Of a DNA stretch of 64,000 bases, positions 47,561-60,900 are shown piece by piece. Within the stretch, counting starts at the first letter, position 1, and every line of letters begins with the position of its first letter. The notes under the pieces were generated by a model. It did no database searches and was not told the DNA's origin. It was given only the letters and a program-made list of their open reading frames with translations. This DNA is from Macrostomum lignano (Eukaryota), in NCBI GenBank assembly GCA_002269645.1, contig NIVC01001751.1, positions 124,001 through 188,000 on the forward strand. Reading direction: 5' to 3'. Made by a program: the position numbers and the translations under genes.

Positions 47561-48732
47561 TCCGGGGCTTATTCGCTTTGAATCTCTGAAGTTTTCTATG
47601 GCTCTGTAAATTTGTCATCTCATTGTTGTTTTGCATCAAAACATCCCATTCGCTGCGGCCAGTTATGCTCTCCCTCTATGCGTGATTCGTTTTGACCGTC
47701 CGTGAAACTCACTTTGATCAACGTACATGTACCAGTACATGCGTTGCGCGCATTAAAACACAGTCAGTCACATTAATATTTGCATTTTTTTTCTTTTCAC
47801 AATGTTTTCATCACGATTTTGCTTGCCCACGGGTGCTTCTCGGCGCTTAAGCCAATTACTAAAGTACATGTTGAACTTCATCTGTTCGGTCTGAATTAGC
47901 CACGTGACAGCCGGCTACACCGCCGCGAAAGATAGATAAGCTAAAGTCTAGAATAAGGATTTCGTTGTTAAGTATCCCAGGTTTAAACTCTGGTGTCGCG
48001 CACAGGCACATGATCTGTCATATTCAAGTATGTTCGCTGCTCAGTTTGTATTGTAGACAAAATGCCCCCGCACTTCTACTGTTGTTCAGTAGTGCACTCA
48101 GGCTATCAATGACTAGTTTTAAATTTATATATCCGCGGACGCATATTTAATTTCTAAAATTGTTTGCGCAAATCATGGACATCACTGTTCTATTTATATA
48201 TCTAGCATAGCTTTCACCACTTTGACATCATGCTTCCAGTCCGGACTGATTAATTTAGAGGTCCTTGGCGCTTAGGCGGCCTGGACAGCGCAAGCTTGGA
48301 CCGGTTTTTACTCTAGTCTTCTCTGCTCCGTATTGATTGTATAGCGAACAACAAGAAGCTGCTTGAATTTAGCATTGCCTTTTTTATAGCGCCATCGTTT
48401 CCCAGCCTCCTATTGTGTATTCGGCATGTGCGCCGCCTCGAGCCCTGTGCTCTTATGCTATGCTCCTCAGCTACAATGTATTATGAATATACCATTGTCT
48501 GGTGTGCGCGGTTTCAGCTGCTGACCGAATTAACGATATGAGTAACACTGATCTGCGATGTCTTTGTTTCCAACTAATTTTGCTATCGAAGTGAAGTTAC
48601 GCAATTCCTTTGCATTGTATAGTGACAGAAATTCGATGTTTAGCGGCAATATTCAACTTTTCCTGTAGTTTGAATGCATTATTTTATTTTAAGTGAATTA
48701 TTAATTAGCCATGGCTTGATTAAAACATGACA

Positions 48733-49447
48733 TGCAATCTGTCTCTATCCAATACGGATATCTGCCTGTAGATTCGGGCTGCAATCTGCCTCTATCCAAT
48801 ACGGATATCTGCCTGTAGATTCGGGCTGCAATCTGTCTCTATCCAATACAGATATCTGCCTGTAGATTCGGGCTGCAATCTGTCTCTATCCAATACGGAT
48901 ATCTGCCTGTAGATTCGGGCTGCAATCTGTCTCTATCCAATACAGATATCTGCCTGTAGATTCGGGCTGCAATCTGTCTCTATCCAATACGGATATCTGC
49001 CTGTAGATTCGGGCTGCAATCTGCCTCTATCCAATACGGATATCTGCCTGTAGATTCGGGCTGCAATCTGTCTCTATCCAATACGGATATCTGCCTGTAG
49101 ATTCGGGCTGCAATCTGCCTCTATCCAATACGGATATCTGCCTGTAGATTCGGGCTGCAATCTGTCTCTATCCAATACGGATATCTGCCTGTAGATTCGG
49201 GCTGCAATCTGCCTCTATCCAATACGGATATCTGCCTGTAGATTCGGGCTGCAATCTGTCTCTATCCAATACGGATATCTGCCTGTAGATTCGGGCTGCA
49301 ATCTGTCTCTATCCAATACGGATATCTGCCTGTAGATTCGGGCTGCAATCTGTCTCTATCCAATACGGATATCTGCCTGTAGATTCGGGCTGCAATCTGT
49401 CTCTATCCAATACGGATATCTGCCTGTAGATTCGGGCTGCAATCTGC
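48733..49447. repeat. 47-bp tandem repeat, about 15 very homogeneous copies
   Basis: Unit TGCAATCTGTCTCTATCCAATACGGATATCTGCCTGTAGATTCGGGC. Confidence 0.97.
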
Positions 49448-49659
49448 GGGGTGCTTTCACAAGGTCGAAATTTCACAACGTACGCTCGTAGAAAACCACT
49501 GTATGGTTCTTGTTATATTAAATTTTTGACCTTATGAAGTCTCTTGCTAAAGTTTTCGATGTTGTGAAATTTCGACCTTGTGAAATTTCGACCTTATGAA
49601 AGTGGCTGCTTTTCGAGTTTTCGACGTTGTAAAATTTCGAGTTTGTGAACCCCCCCCCC
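49448..49659. mobile_element. 212-bp MITE with GGGG termini and 8-bp TSD
   Basis: GGGG..TTCACAAGGTCGAAATTTCACAAC is inverted at the right end; TSD CAATCTGC at 49440-49447 and 49660-49667. Confidence 0.7.
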
Positions 49660-49709
49660 CAATCTGCCTCCTGTCAATATAATCAGTAGGGCTGCCATCA
49701 GCCCCTGGT

Positions 49710-50285
49710 CTATGCCGCAGTCTGCTTGGTCGATGCCGTATTCTCCAACGCTGAGCCTCGGCCCTCCGCTGCCAGGCCTTTCCGGTGGCTCCATACGATG
49801 ACCAAAGGCAGGAAGGTGGCCGGGACGCCAACGATCAGGCAGGTGATGGTGGGGCTGCCCAGCAGCAGCTGCACGGCCGAGCTGCAGGCGCGCAGGCTGG
49901 CGCCGCCCAGTAGCAGAGAGTAGAAGCAGGCAATGTAGACGGTTGTCAGGCAGAGCAACGCCAGGCCGAGCAGCACCGCCAGTCGGTGAGACCAGCCGGC
50001 GGCCCGGCGCAGGGTCTGCAGGCTGCAGAGCACGAGGCAGAGGCCGCCCAGGCCGAGGTCGCCGATGCCCACCAGCAGTGCGAGGCCGGTCCGAACTCGG
50101 ACGCACTGGGCGGCGAGCTCAAAGCTGCCAACGCAGGCCAGGAAGAAGCCGTGCAGCAGCAGGGCGGCTCCGCAGGCGCCAACCCTGGCGAAGTCAGTCC
50201 GGCGCATCGGCCTGCCATCGTCACTGGCGAACCGGCCGAGCCCGGAGTCGGGCTGGTCAGGCAGTGGACTGACGGCGGCGGTCAT
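49710..50285 (-). CDS. Intronless hypothetical membrane protein, about four hydrophobic helices (191 aa)
   Basis: ATG-initiated, GC-rich like the other exons, with four Leu/Cys/Gly-rich hydrophobic segments. No family recognised. Confidence 0.65.
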   Translation of the reverse strand: MTAAVSPLPDQPDSGLGRFASDDGRPMRRTDFARVGACGAALLLHGFFLACVGSFELAAQCVRVRTGLALLVGIGDLGLGGLCLVLCSLQTLRRAAGWSHRLAVLLGLALLCLTTVYIACFYSLLLGGASLRACSSAVQLLLGSPTITCLIVGVPATFLPLVIVWSHRKGLAAEGRGSALENTASTKQTAA

Positions 50286-50539
50286 GTCGTTGCGGGGCGC
50301 GGGTCTGAGCTGCCTGCGAGTGCCGCGGGTCTTGCCTCTTGTATCTAAGACAGCTCACCACCCCAGCTGTCTTAGGCCTCTGGGATTGGTCCGCGTATAA
50401 GGGACAACTTTTTTGTAGAAATCATGCACGGTCATGGACAACTAAAATCTGCACTCGCAAATCCTGCAGATTTTTCCGGAGACGATGAAGTTTTTTCGTA
50501 AGACTTAAATTTCACATCGCCTTAAAGATTTCAGCATCC

Positions 50540-51165
50540 AACTTCATCACATCTGAACCTCATAACACCTGAGCCTCATAACACCTGAGCCTCATCACAT
50601 CTGAATCTCAACACCTGAACCTCATAACACCTGAACTTCATAACACCTGAGCCTCATAACACCTGAACCTCATAACACCTGAACCTCATAACACCTGAGC
50701 CTCATAACACCTGAACCTCATAACACCTGAACCTCATAACACCTGAGCCTCATAACACCTGAGCGTCATCACATCTGAACCTCAACCCTGAACCTTGGTC
50801 ATTAACGCCTGAGCCTCAACACGTAAACCCCATAACACCTAAACCGCATAACACCTGAACCTCATAACACTTGAACCTCATAACACTTGAGCCTCATAAC
50901 ACCTGAACCTCATAACACCTGAACCTCATAATACCTGAGCCTCATAACACCTGAGCCTCATAACACCTGGTTCTCAACACCTGAACCTCATAACATCTGA
51001 ACCTCATAACACTTGAGCCTCATAACACCTGAGCCTCATAACACCTGAGCGTCATCACATCTGAACCTCAACCCTGAACCTTGGTCATTAACGCCTGAGC
51101 CTCAACACGTAAACCCCATAACACCTAAACCACATAACACCTGAACCTCATGACACCTAAACCTA
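50540..51165. repeat. 16-bp minisatellite (TAACACCTGA(G/A)CCTCA) with a larger internal block duplication
   Basis: Tandem units; the ccttggtcattaacgcc block occurs twice. Confidence 0.9.
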
Positions 51166-51755
51166 TGGGGTTTAAACCTAATATCTATATCTATAATATT
51201 ATCTAAATCTGTAATATTAGGAATGACTTGGCAGCCATCCCGATAGCCAATATTGATGCATCAGCATTTCATGCCCCCCCCCACATAAACGGCTTGCCTT
51301 AGCAGAATTTTATCGACAGAAATCTGTTCGATGCCCGCCGACAGCACCTGATATCCGTTGCGTGTCAACCCGAGCCTTTGCATCGGAAACGCCTTCCTCG
51401 TTTCCCTCAGGCCTTCCGCCAACACTTTTCCCGTAGGGGGGGGAGGGGGGGGGGTAGGCAATCCGAATTCTTGTCTCCGCGATGTAGATTACAAATCTAA
51501 GCTAAAATTATTTTGATTGCCACAGTTCGATCTGCCTTTGAGTTTTAGGCAGGTACCAGTAGCTGTCCCAGGTACAGGGATTTATAAGGTGGGAAGGCAG
51601 CTGTCTGTGTGTTTTACAGTTCTGTGCATTTTCTACGTACTGTGTTTACAGTAATTTTGTTTTAATGTATGCTTGATAATTACTGTTTGTTTATTGTCAC
51701 TGTGTTTATTATCATTGTGTTTGTACTATCATTGTGCAAGGACAACTTAAGTAGA

Positions 51756-52381
51756 AGGACGCAACACTCTAAATCTATGGTAAATGTTTTGAAGGCAACT
51801 TTTCGCCAAAAAAATACACTACAGAGATAGGAGGTTGTAATTTTTTCAGCAAAAAAATTGCTATTGCTTTTGATAGGAGGCAGATCCAGTGTTCATCTTT
51901 TGATATGTTGGGCCTTTCTTATTGCTTTATCGATATTCATAAAGCTTTTCGTTCAGAAATAGTTTTAAAGGCAGGTTTCACAGGAAAAAAACACTACGGA
52001 GATAGGAAATTTCACGATTTTCATCACTAAAACAGTGATTGGGTCTCTTAACAGTGTCAGAGAAAGTCCTAATCACACTATTTTGTGTCTCACATGCTGC
52101 TCTAACGACGCATTAATCGATTTTTCATGTAAAATTGATCACCTGAAAAAAACGTTTAAAATAATGACAAGACCAGTTTAACATTTAAAATCGATTAATG
52201 CGTCGTTAGAGCAGCATGTGAGGCACAAAATAGTGTGATTAGAACTTTCTCTGACACTGTTTTAAGAGACCCAATCACTGTTTTAGTGTTGAAAATCGTG
52301 AAATTTCCTATCTCCGTAGTGTTTTTTTCGGCGAAAAGTTGCCTTCAAACCATTTACCACAGATTTCGAGTGTAGCGTCCT
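51756..52381. mobile_element. Foldback / long-TIR element
   Basis: About 140-bp near-perfect inverted arms (51985-52125 vs 52187-52327) plus outer inverted termini AGGACGC.ACACTC.AAATCT.TGGTAAATG. Confidence 0.75.
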
Positions 52382-52399
52382 GTATATATGTTACTTGAG

Positions 52400-52790
52400 T
52401 AGTCCTTGTCATTGTGTTTATACCATCGTTGTGTTTTATACTCGTAGCTGTGCATACAATTGTTGTGTTTTTAACATTATTACGTTTACTATCATTGTGT
52501 TTATTATAACTGTGTTTACCGGCATTTAGTTGTTTATCATTGTGTTTATACAATCATGGGGTTTATACTATCATTGTGTTTACTTTCATTGTGTTTACTA
52601 TCATTGTGTTTACTATAATTGTATTTACACCATCGTTGTGTTTATACTATTGTTGTGTTTTATAATTTTGTTTATTATCATTGTGTTTGTACCACCATTG
52701 TTTTTATGCTGTATCATTGTGTTTATACTATCATTGTGTTTATATTATGTGTTTACAATCATTTTGTTTACTATTGTTGTGTTTTCTACA
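52400..52790. repeat. Degenerate TATCATTGTGTTTAC simple repeat (also at 51680-51735)
   Basis: Same motif flanks both sides of the foldback element. Confidence 0.75.
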
Positions 52791-55089
52791 AGTCTGCTTA
52801 CGGTCAGTGATAGCGAACCCCAAATCTGCGGCCACTCACTAATTTGTTTGAAGTCTCTATTTAGCCTACTAACAGTAGTGAAAGAGAGGTTGCTAAAATA
52901 CATGTAGAGCATGATTGTTGTCAAAAGCTTTGTACTACGTTGAAACACTAAACTTTAATCACCATAAATGCTTGCAGAAAAGAAAACAAGCTACATCAAA
53001 AAATCATTCCTATAGTCTACAATGAAACTAAAATGGATTATAAAATCTGTAACAAGGACCCTCAGCTGACAGGATTGCATCATACTCGTACAATCCCCAT
53101 CTTGACTATCGCGTGACCCTCAGCTGACAGGATTGCATTATACAATCCCTATCTTGGCTATTGATGACCTTCAGCTGACAATGAGGCAATTATTCAAACA
53201 AAAATCTTGAGAAGCTGACAGCTGACATCACGTGACCCTAGGTAGTTAAGCCCCAGAGTCCGGTTGTAATAACGGCTGACATTCTCAGGCCATTCCTTCC
53301 TCGACGCTGGCCTCCCGGACCTTCCATCTTTGATTTCCGAATGCCGGGGCACTCGCAGAGAATCGTACTCAAGAGTCGCTCACTCCCAGGAACATCCGCA
53401 GCTGCCAGCCGCAGCGAGGAGCGCGGACGGATTGGAGACGAAATACGAAAATTGAAGCACTTGGGAAATCGGCTAAGAGCCCCGGCAACTGTGGCCGAGG
53501 CCACTTGACTAAGGGGTGCCTGTGCTTGCTTTACAGCAGAACAGCGGGAGGGAGAGAGGGCTTGATGCAGCTAACGAAGGAGCGCAGGAGCGCAGGATTT
53601 TTGGTACCGATGCGGAGAATCTGCCACTTTTTAATTAAAAACCTTGGGTTTGAACGAGGCACGACGATCTTGGAATTCCGTCAAAAATTGATGCTGGATT
53701 GAGAGGCCTTTGATTTCGTCCCTTTTTATCATAACAGCGTCTTTCGTCGGCGAACGTCATGTAATGTAAGAGTACATATTTTAAGCTACGTCGAACTACT
53801 GTACGTGTTCGGGTATATGCCTATAAGGCTTGGCCATAGACAGTGTGCTTTTAAACGAGCCTCAGACTTTCTTCAACACGATTTTCGAGACTCCAGTCCT
53901 AAGCGATTAAGACGTCCTTGACTATACCATGACAGCGGTCGTAACTTTCACTCTGCTGCAGTAAAATTGAAACAACAGTAAGTAATAATATTAATAATTA
54001 ATTTTTTGTTTGGACAGATACGTCAGTAACCTATATACTAATTTGCGCTCCAGCTGGTGGGGACTTTGACTGAAACGCTGCTGAAAAAGGCTGCGACTGA
54101 TCGTTCGAGATGACGCCTTAACTTTTTCGCATTTTAGCCCTAGCTACATGTATATATGCAGCCACTATTGTCTATTATCACTATTAGCCTGTTGCCAGTT
54201 TCCAATGCTACATGGTCAACTACAGTAGCCGTCTCTCAAATATTTCTGCTTCTGTTGGCCATGTTAATAAATTTTAAAATCAAACGCCAACAATCATTAT
54301 GAATTTGGGCCTTCAATAAAACCTATAAAACTATTGGCCTGTGGGTGCCTGCTTATCTGGTTGTTCTGTTATTCATCTTTCGCATGCCCATTGAAGTGCA
54401 AACAGTGGGTTGCCTCCGGTAATCTTGTACCAAGTCGCATCACAAGGAAGACATCATCATCATCATCAGTCCAGGCCCAGCATCCATCAGACCAAAGGCA
54501 AGACAGATATGCGGCTGGGAGGCCCATCCCGAGAGAGAGCTACCCCCCCCCCCGCCATCCCCTCCGCGTGCTGGCACTCGCACGGTATTTTCTCAATTAG
54601 CTGTCTAACCATGCACCAGCGCACCGGGCATAAACACACAATCGGGCACGATCCCCCTCCATTGCATTTCCCAGTGAATCTTTCCTAGCAGAAGTATAAG
54701 ACAAGTTTGGGGATCCATATTGTTCCCTTATATAGTACTGTCTATATAAGCACAGTCCGAAAATAGCAGTCGAAGTTAATCCAGCAAAAAACGGCAATTT
54801 AGTAACTGGATACACGGCGGGGCCATCTGGAACTTGGGTCTGGTTTCACCAGTCAGCTGACACTCTGCAGGGACGATGCTTCATCACTGACCCAGTTACT
54901 AGCATTTTTTGTTATTTAATTTTCATCATTTGTTTATTGATCTTCAAGTGTCTGCAATGACTAACGGAGCAGGATTTCAGACTTTCGCGTTAGCAGCTGG
55001 GAAATACATGTAGTTGATAAGGTCTCGCAGCAACTGCTGTGTGGCACTTGCAGATTCTCTGTCAGTAAAAATAACAGGACAGAAACTGT

Positions 55090-56080
55090 ATTCAGTGGCA
55101 GATTCTCAATCGGTACAGGAGATAAACTGCTGTCAGTGGCAGATTCTCAATCGGTACAGCAGAGAAACTGCTGTCAGTGGCAGATTCTCAATCTGTACAG
55201 GAGATAAACTGCTGTAAGTGGCGGATTCGCAATCGGTACAAGAGAGAAACTGCTGTCAGTGGCGGATTCGCAATCGGTACAAGAGAGAAACTGCTGTCAG
55301 TGGCAGATTCTCAATCGGTTCAGCAGAGAAACTGCTGTCAGTGGCAGATTCTCAATCGGTACAAGAGAGAAACTGCTGTCAGTGGCGGATTCGCAATCGG
55401 TACAAGAGAGAAACTGCTGTCAGTGGCGGATTCGCAATCGGTACAAGAGAGAAACTGCTGTCAGTGGCGGATTCTCAATCGGTACAAGAGAGAAACTGCT
55501 GTCAGTGGCGGATTCGCAATCGGTACAAGAGAGAAACTGCTGTCAGTGGCGGATTCTCAATCTGTACAAGAGAGAAACTGCTGTCAGTGGCGGATTCTCA
55601 ATCTGTACAAGAGAGAAACTGCTGTCAGTGGCGGATTCTCAATCGGTACAAGAGAGAAACTGCTGTCAGTGGCCGATTCTCAATCTGTACAAGAGAGAAA
55701 CTGCTGTCAGTGGCAGATTCTCAATCGGTACAAGAGAGAAACTGCTGTCAGTGGCCGATTCTCAATCGGTACAAGAGAGAAACTGCTGTCAGTGGCGGAT
55801 TCTCAATCTGTACAAAATGTGCTGTCAGTGGCCGATTCTCAATCTGTACAAGAGAGAAACTGCTGTCAGTGGCAGATTCTCAATCTGTACAGGAGATAAA
55901 CTGCTGTCAGTGGCAGATTCTCAATCGGTACAGGAGATAAACTGCTGTCAGTGGCGGATTCTCAATCGGTACAAGAGAGAAACTGCTGTCAGTGGCGGAT
56001 TCTCAATCGGTACAAGAGAGAAACTGCTGTCAGTGGCGGATTCTCAATCGGTACAAGAGAGAAACTGCTGTCAGTGGCAG
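55090..56080. repeat. 41-bp tandem repeat, about 24 copies
   Basis: Unit GTCAGTGGCGGATTCTCAATCGGTACAAGAGAGAAACTGCT. Confidence 0.96.
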
Positions 56081-56499
56081 ATCTGTCTCAGGCATCAGTT
56101 GTAAGCTAAATTTAGGAGTGTCACAATAGACAGCTCCCCAAACAATGGACGCTGAGTAGCGGAGCACAATTGAAAGTCGGCAAGGAGAGATTGGTCAGAC
56201 CAAAGCAGGTAATTCTCTCATTCTGTCAGCTCATCAACCTTTTAGCGCTGGGCTCAGTGAGGCGGTTGGAGCACCAGCTGCACTCAAAGGCAGCAGCTTC
56301 TTCCTGAACGACTAAAGTGGGGATCCATGAGTCGAGTGGTCTCAAAATCTTTTTTTGAAATTCAATTTTAATTGTTAAAACGGCGGCATTGAGTCTGCAG
56401 TAAAAATGATTTATTCTGAATATAATACGATGAACTGTATTTTTACTCAGTCTCACAGATCTCTCTCAAACAAACTCACACTCGTGTAGTCTCACAACT

Positions 56500-57110
56500 C
56501 TCACACCATCTCAGACTGTCGCACGACCTCACTCACTGTCTCACCCTCACTCACTGTCTCACACTCACTCACTGTCTCACCCTCACTCTCTGTCTCACTC
56601 TCACTCACTGTCTCACTCTCACTCACTGTCTCACTCTCACTCACTGTCTCACTCTCACTCACTGTCTCACTCTCAATTACTGTCTCACTCTCACTCTCTG
56701 TCTCACTCTCACTCTCTGTCTCACTCTCACTCTCTGTCTCACTCTCACTCTCTGTCTCACTCTCACTCTCACTCACTGTCTCACTCTCACTCACTGTCTC
56801 ACTCTCACTCTCTGTCTCACCCTCACTCACTGTCTCACTCTCACTCACTGTCTCACTCTCAATTACTGTCTCACTCTCACTCTCTGTCTCACCCTCACTC
56901 TCTGTCTCACTCTCACTCTCTGTCTCACTCTCAATCACTGTCATACTCTTACTCTCAGTCTCACCTTCACTCACTGTCTCACTCTCACTCCCTGTCTCAC
57001 TCTCACTCTCTGTCTCACTCTCGCTCACTGTCTCACTTTCACTCCCTGTCTCACTCTCACTCACTGTCTCACTCTCACTCACTGTCTCACTCTCTCACAC
57101 AGTCTCACAC
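56500..57110. repeat. CTCA/CTGT low-complexity repeat (CTCACTCACTGTCTCACT)
   Basis: Direct inspection. Confidence 0.92.
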
Positions 57111-58019
57111 TCTCACAGTCTCAGACTTTCACACAGTGTCACTCTCACACAGCCTCACACTCACACACAATTTCAGACTGTCACACAATCTCATAATCTC
57201 ACTCAACATCTCACATTCTCCTTTACACTCTCACACAATCTCACTCACTCCCACTCTAGATCTCACTCTAGATCTCACTCTAGATCTCACTCTAGATCCC
57301 ACTCTAGATCTCACACCAAATCTCACCAGCACTCCCAATCTGAGTCCAACTCAGAATCTCTCACTAAAAGCTTCCCTCGCGCCATCATCGCCGCAGTGAT
57401 TCGCCCTCAAATTCGAATTTCGATCTGTCAGTTTTCTCTCGCTTTCAAAACACAGGCGGGGCCGCCATCGACTGCCCCCCGCTGCAGTGCTGCCGCGCCC
57501 ATCGAAGCGGCAAGCTCAAGCCGGACCCCCCCCCAGCTCCCCATGCATGCGGACCTAATGAGCCGGGCCCTTGGCTTACTTCATCTTCAATCGTCCTCAG
57601 CTTGCACGCTACGCACTCATCGACCCCCCATCTGATTTCGCATGTCTCGCCTTCCAGAAGTGCAGAATATCAGTACTCAGTTGCTATCATGCCGGCTATG
57701 CGATTCGGAAACTTGAATTTTTTACTTTCTCGAGGCTTGTCCGAACTGTGACATCATCTGACAAATAATTACGAGCTGATTAAATGTCCTCACGCCCTCG
57801 TAACGTCATCACAAAATTGAAAAGAAACCCCCCAAGCCAGTTAGAATCTAGCAAAGGCCTTCTCTGTCAAAGGCCTGATTAGTCAAAAGGTCAATAAAGG
57901 CTCAAGGCGGGCCCGCTGGCTAAACAAGATTTCTAGTCAATTAAACAATTAATTATCCTGACTGCAGACCCTCGATTTCGGTGTCCGAGAAGCTAATTAT
58001 TATAGCCTTTTTTCAGAGA

Positions 58020-58036
58020 CAGAGAGACAGACAGAC

Positions 58037-58133
<97 letters not shown>

Positions 58134-58285
58134 CTAAGACACTATGACACTAAGACACTAAGACACTAAGACACTAAGACACTAAGACACTAAGACACTA
58201 AGACACTAAGACACTAAGACACTAAGACACTAAGACACTAAGACACTAAGACACTAAGACACTAAGACACTAAGACACTAAGACG
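58020..58285. repeat. (GACA)n microsatellite followed by (AGACACTA)n
   Basis: Direct inspection. Confidence 0.95.
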
Positions 58286-59839
58286 GTTCGCCATCTGTCA
58301 CAACAATTTTCCCTCCATGCCCTGCGAGCAGTTTGCAGCCAATGGCTGAATCGCACAGGACTGGCTGAAGGCAGAATGGCTGAATCGCCGCTGTCGGGGA
58401 TTCGCTGAAGGCAGTGGAATAAATTCAAAGCTGACGAGAGTCCACAGCTGAGCAGTCAAGGAAAACTGATTGCAGTCCCAGGCGAGGATTGGGATACGGA
58501 AATCGCATAAACTGTCTGACGTGGTGAGTGGCAACTGTGTTTAAAATTATTGTTAAAGAGTTCTGGTTAGGGTTATGACTGGGTTTGTGACGAAAGTGCG
58601 TCGGGACGGTGCCAGTCGCCACCCCGTAATCAGAGACGGATGTGCGAGTCCGAGTAGCCTCATTCGATCCGGCTCGCTCATGCGTCCAAAGGATGCTAAC
58701 GAAAGAAACGAGAAGCAAGGAAAATTGAGAGAAATCAGAAATCAAATCTTCCTTTTAGACTTTTCCGTAACTCAGTTCGTATAGGGAGATGGAAAATAAA
58801 TAATTAGCCTAGGAAGCGGTCATGGGATCTCAAGTATGAAGGTAGTCGGATCTGATCTTATCTGTATTCATTTCGGTCAGTCATTTGCCATGGCTTTACG
58901 GCTAAGCAGCTCGTAGACGCGCAGGTACAGGTTCCAATTAATGGAAGAGGAGAGAGAGATGCCAGACTTGTTCTTGTAACTGTGGGGCCGAGCTGTCAGC
59001 TTTGAGTGACGCTTGGCACGCAACATATGGCTGGGAAGCAGCCGAAATACTTTCTCTCCGGTTTAACAAGAGAGAAATCCCGAGTCTGATGATGGCTGCT
59101 GCAAGTTGCCGACCTGCCGAATTGGGAAGCGTAAGTAGGCGCTGAAATCCTCTTTAAGCGGGCTGGTGGCAGACCCGCAGCAGCGGGCACTTCGTGTTTC
59201 ACTGAAAACTATCCCAACCGAGTTTTTCACCCCTTCATTACGGCCCTGCGCCTCCCGCTATTGAGTTTCGTCTTTTGCGTTTCGTTTCCGATTCCAGCAA
59301 CATGCAGTCCTGGGTGGTCCTGGACTGCCATAACGTTTCATAACTTGGTCCAACACTTCAGTCTCTCCTCTGCAGCGCAATCCCTCACAGTAAAAAGGTA
59401 CTCGAGCGCAGGAATACGCTATGAATATGCTAATTAATTGCGGCTAGGAGTGCAAATTGAAGGAAATCCGGGCGGCCATTGAAGCGGAAAGGGCTGCGCT
59501 GAGCAAACGGAGTGCCCCACGCCCCGTCTCTCCAGTCCGCCCTAAGCCACGAAGTTGTTTGCCCCGACAAGCCAAGATGGCGTTGCAAAGCAGAGAGAGA
59601 GGAGAGAGCAGATTTCTGCTTCAAGGATGCGAGCGTCCGGCGACTTATTAATGGGAGCGGAGCTCTCCGGAATGCATTCAATCTTTCGCAGTCCACTAAA
59701 CTTGGCTCTCTGCGGCTCTCGCTTTCACGTTTGTGCATTCGCAGATTTGGCGAGCCTTCCATCATGGCGGTTGATTGCAGGGTTATGAGGCGAAGGGCTG
59801 CTTGAGTAATAGTAGCTGAAAGTCATTTTCCCAATGTCA

Positions 59840-60240
59840 GCGTGATTTTTGTTATAATAGTTAGCTGGGCTGATTTGAAACTGCGTGATTTTTGTTATAA
59901 TAGTTAGCTGGGCTGATTTGAAACTGCGTGATTTTTGTTATAATAGTTAGCTGGGCTGATTTGAAACTGCGTGATTTTTGTTATAATAGTTAGCTAGGCT
60001 GATTTGAAACTGCGTGATTTTTGTTATAACAGTTAGCTGGGCTGATTTGAAACTGCGTGATTTTTGTTATAATAGTTAGCTGGGCTGATTTGAAACTGCG
60101 TGATTTTTGTTATAACAGTTAGCTGGGCTGATTTGAAACTGCGTGATTTTTGTTATAATAGTTAGCTGGGCTGATTTGAAACTGCGTGATTTTTGTTATA
60201 ATAGTTAGCTGGGCTGATTTGAAACGGCGTGATTTTTGTT
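59840..60240. repeat. 43-bp tandem repeat, about 9 copies
   Basis: Unit GCGTGATTTTTGTTATAATAGTTAGCTGGGCTGATTTGAAACT. Confidence 0.96.
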
Positions 60241-60569
60241 TCTAAAAAATCTATTTAATCGGTTATTGACTTTCTTCTTTTTTCCCGGAGTTTTCTCCTT
60301 TCAACACAAAAAGGAAGCAAGCTTGGCAAAATATTGGAGAAAATATTTGAAAAAATGAGGCAGAATTGCAGACTCGGGACACTCCAATTAATGATCATAC
60401 TTTGAAGATTTTGAGGAAAAGACGCGCGCATAAGCTTGAAATATGAATTTCTTTAGCTAACTACGTTTCAGTGGGGCTGGCGGTACTGGTATAGCTTCTG
60501 GTGAGGGCAATAAGAATGTCAATCAATGTTGATGGCGCGCTAAAATCAGTGGTGATGAGGCACCAAAAA

Positions 60570-60900
60570 CAGTGCTCATGGCGCCATATCAGTGCTCATG
60601 GCGCCAAAATCAAAGCTGATGACGCCAAAATCAGTGCTGATGGCGCCAAAATCAGTGCTGATGACGCCAAAATCAGTGCTGATGGCGCCAAAATCAGTGC
60701 TGATGACGCCAAAATCAGTGCTCAAGGCGCCAAAATCAGTGCTGATGACGCCAAAATCAGTGCTGATGGCGCCAAAATCAGTGCTGATGGCGCCAAAATC
60801 AGTGCTCATGGCGCCAAAATCAAAGCTGATGACGCCAAAATCAGTGCTGATGACGCCAAAATCAGGGCTGATGGCGCCAAAATCAGTGGTGATGGCGCGC
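60570..60900. repeat. 21-bp tandem repeat (GCGCCAAAATCAGTGCTGATG)
   Basis: 7-aa periodicity in overlapping ORFs. Confidence 0.93.

Noticed and set aside
55177-56104. 240-281-aa Cys-containing repeat ORFs
   Set aside because: 41-bp unit cycling through frames; non-coding satellite.
56501-57082. 193-aa SESET repeat ORF
   Set aside because: Translation of a CTCA/CTGT simple repeat with no ATG start or splice support.
59430-59805. 97-111-aa ORFs upstream of the GPCR
   Set aside because: No recognisable domain, and overlapping ORFs on both strands; no support for coding.
47250-60240. CRISPR-like arrays (47-, 41- and 43-bp units; also 65 bp at 28.3 kb)
   Set aside because: Units are head-to-tail with no unique spacers, no cas genes are present, and the context is eukaryotic.
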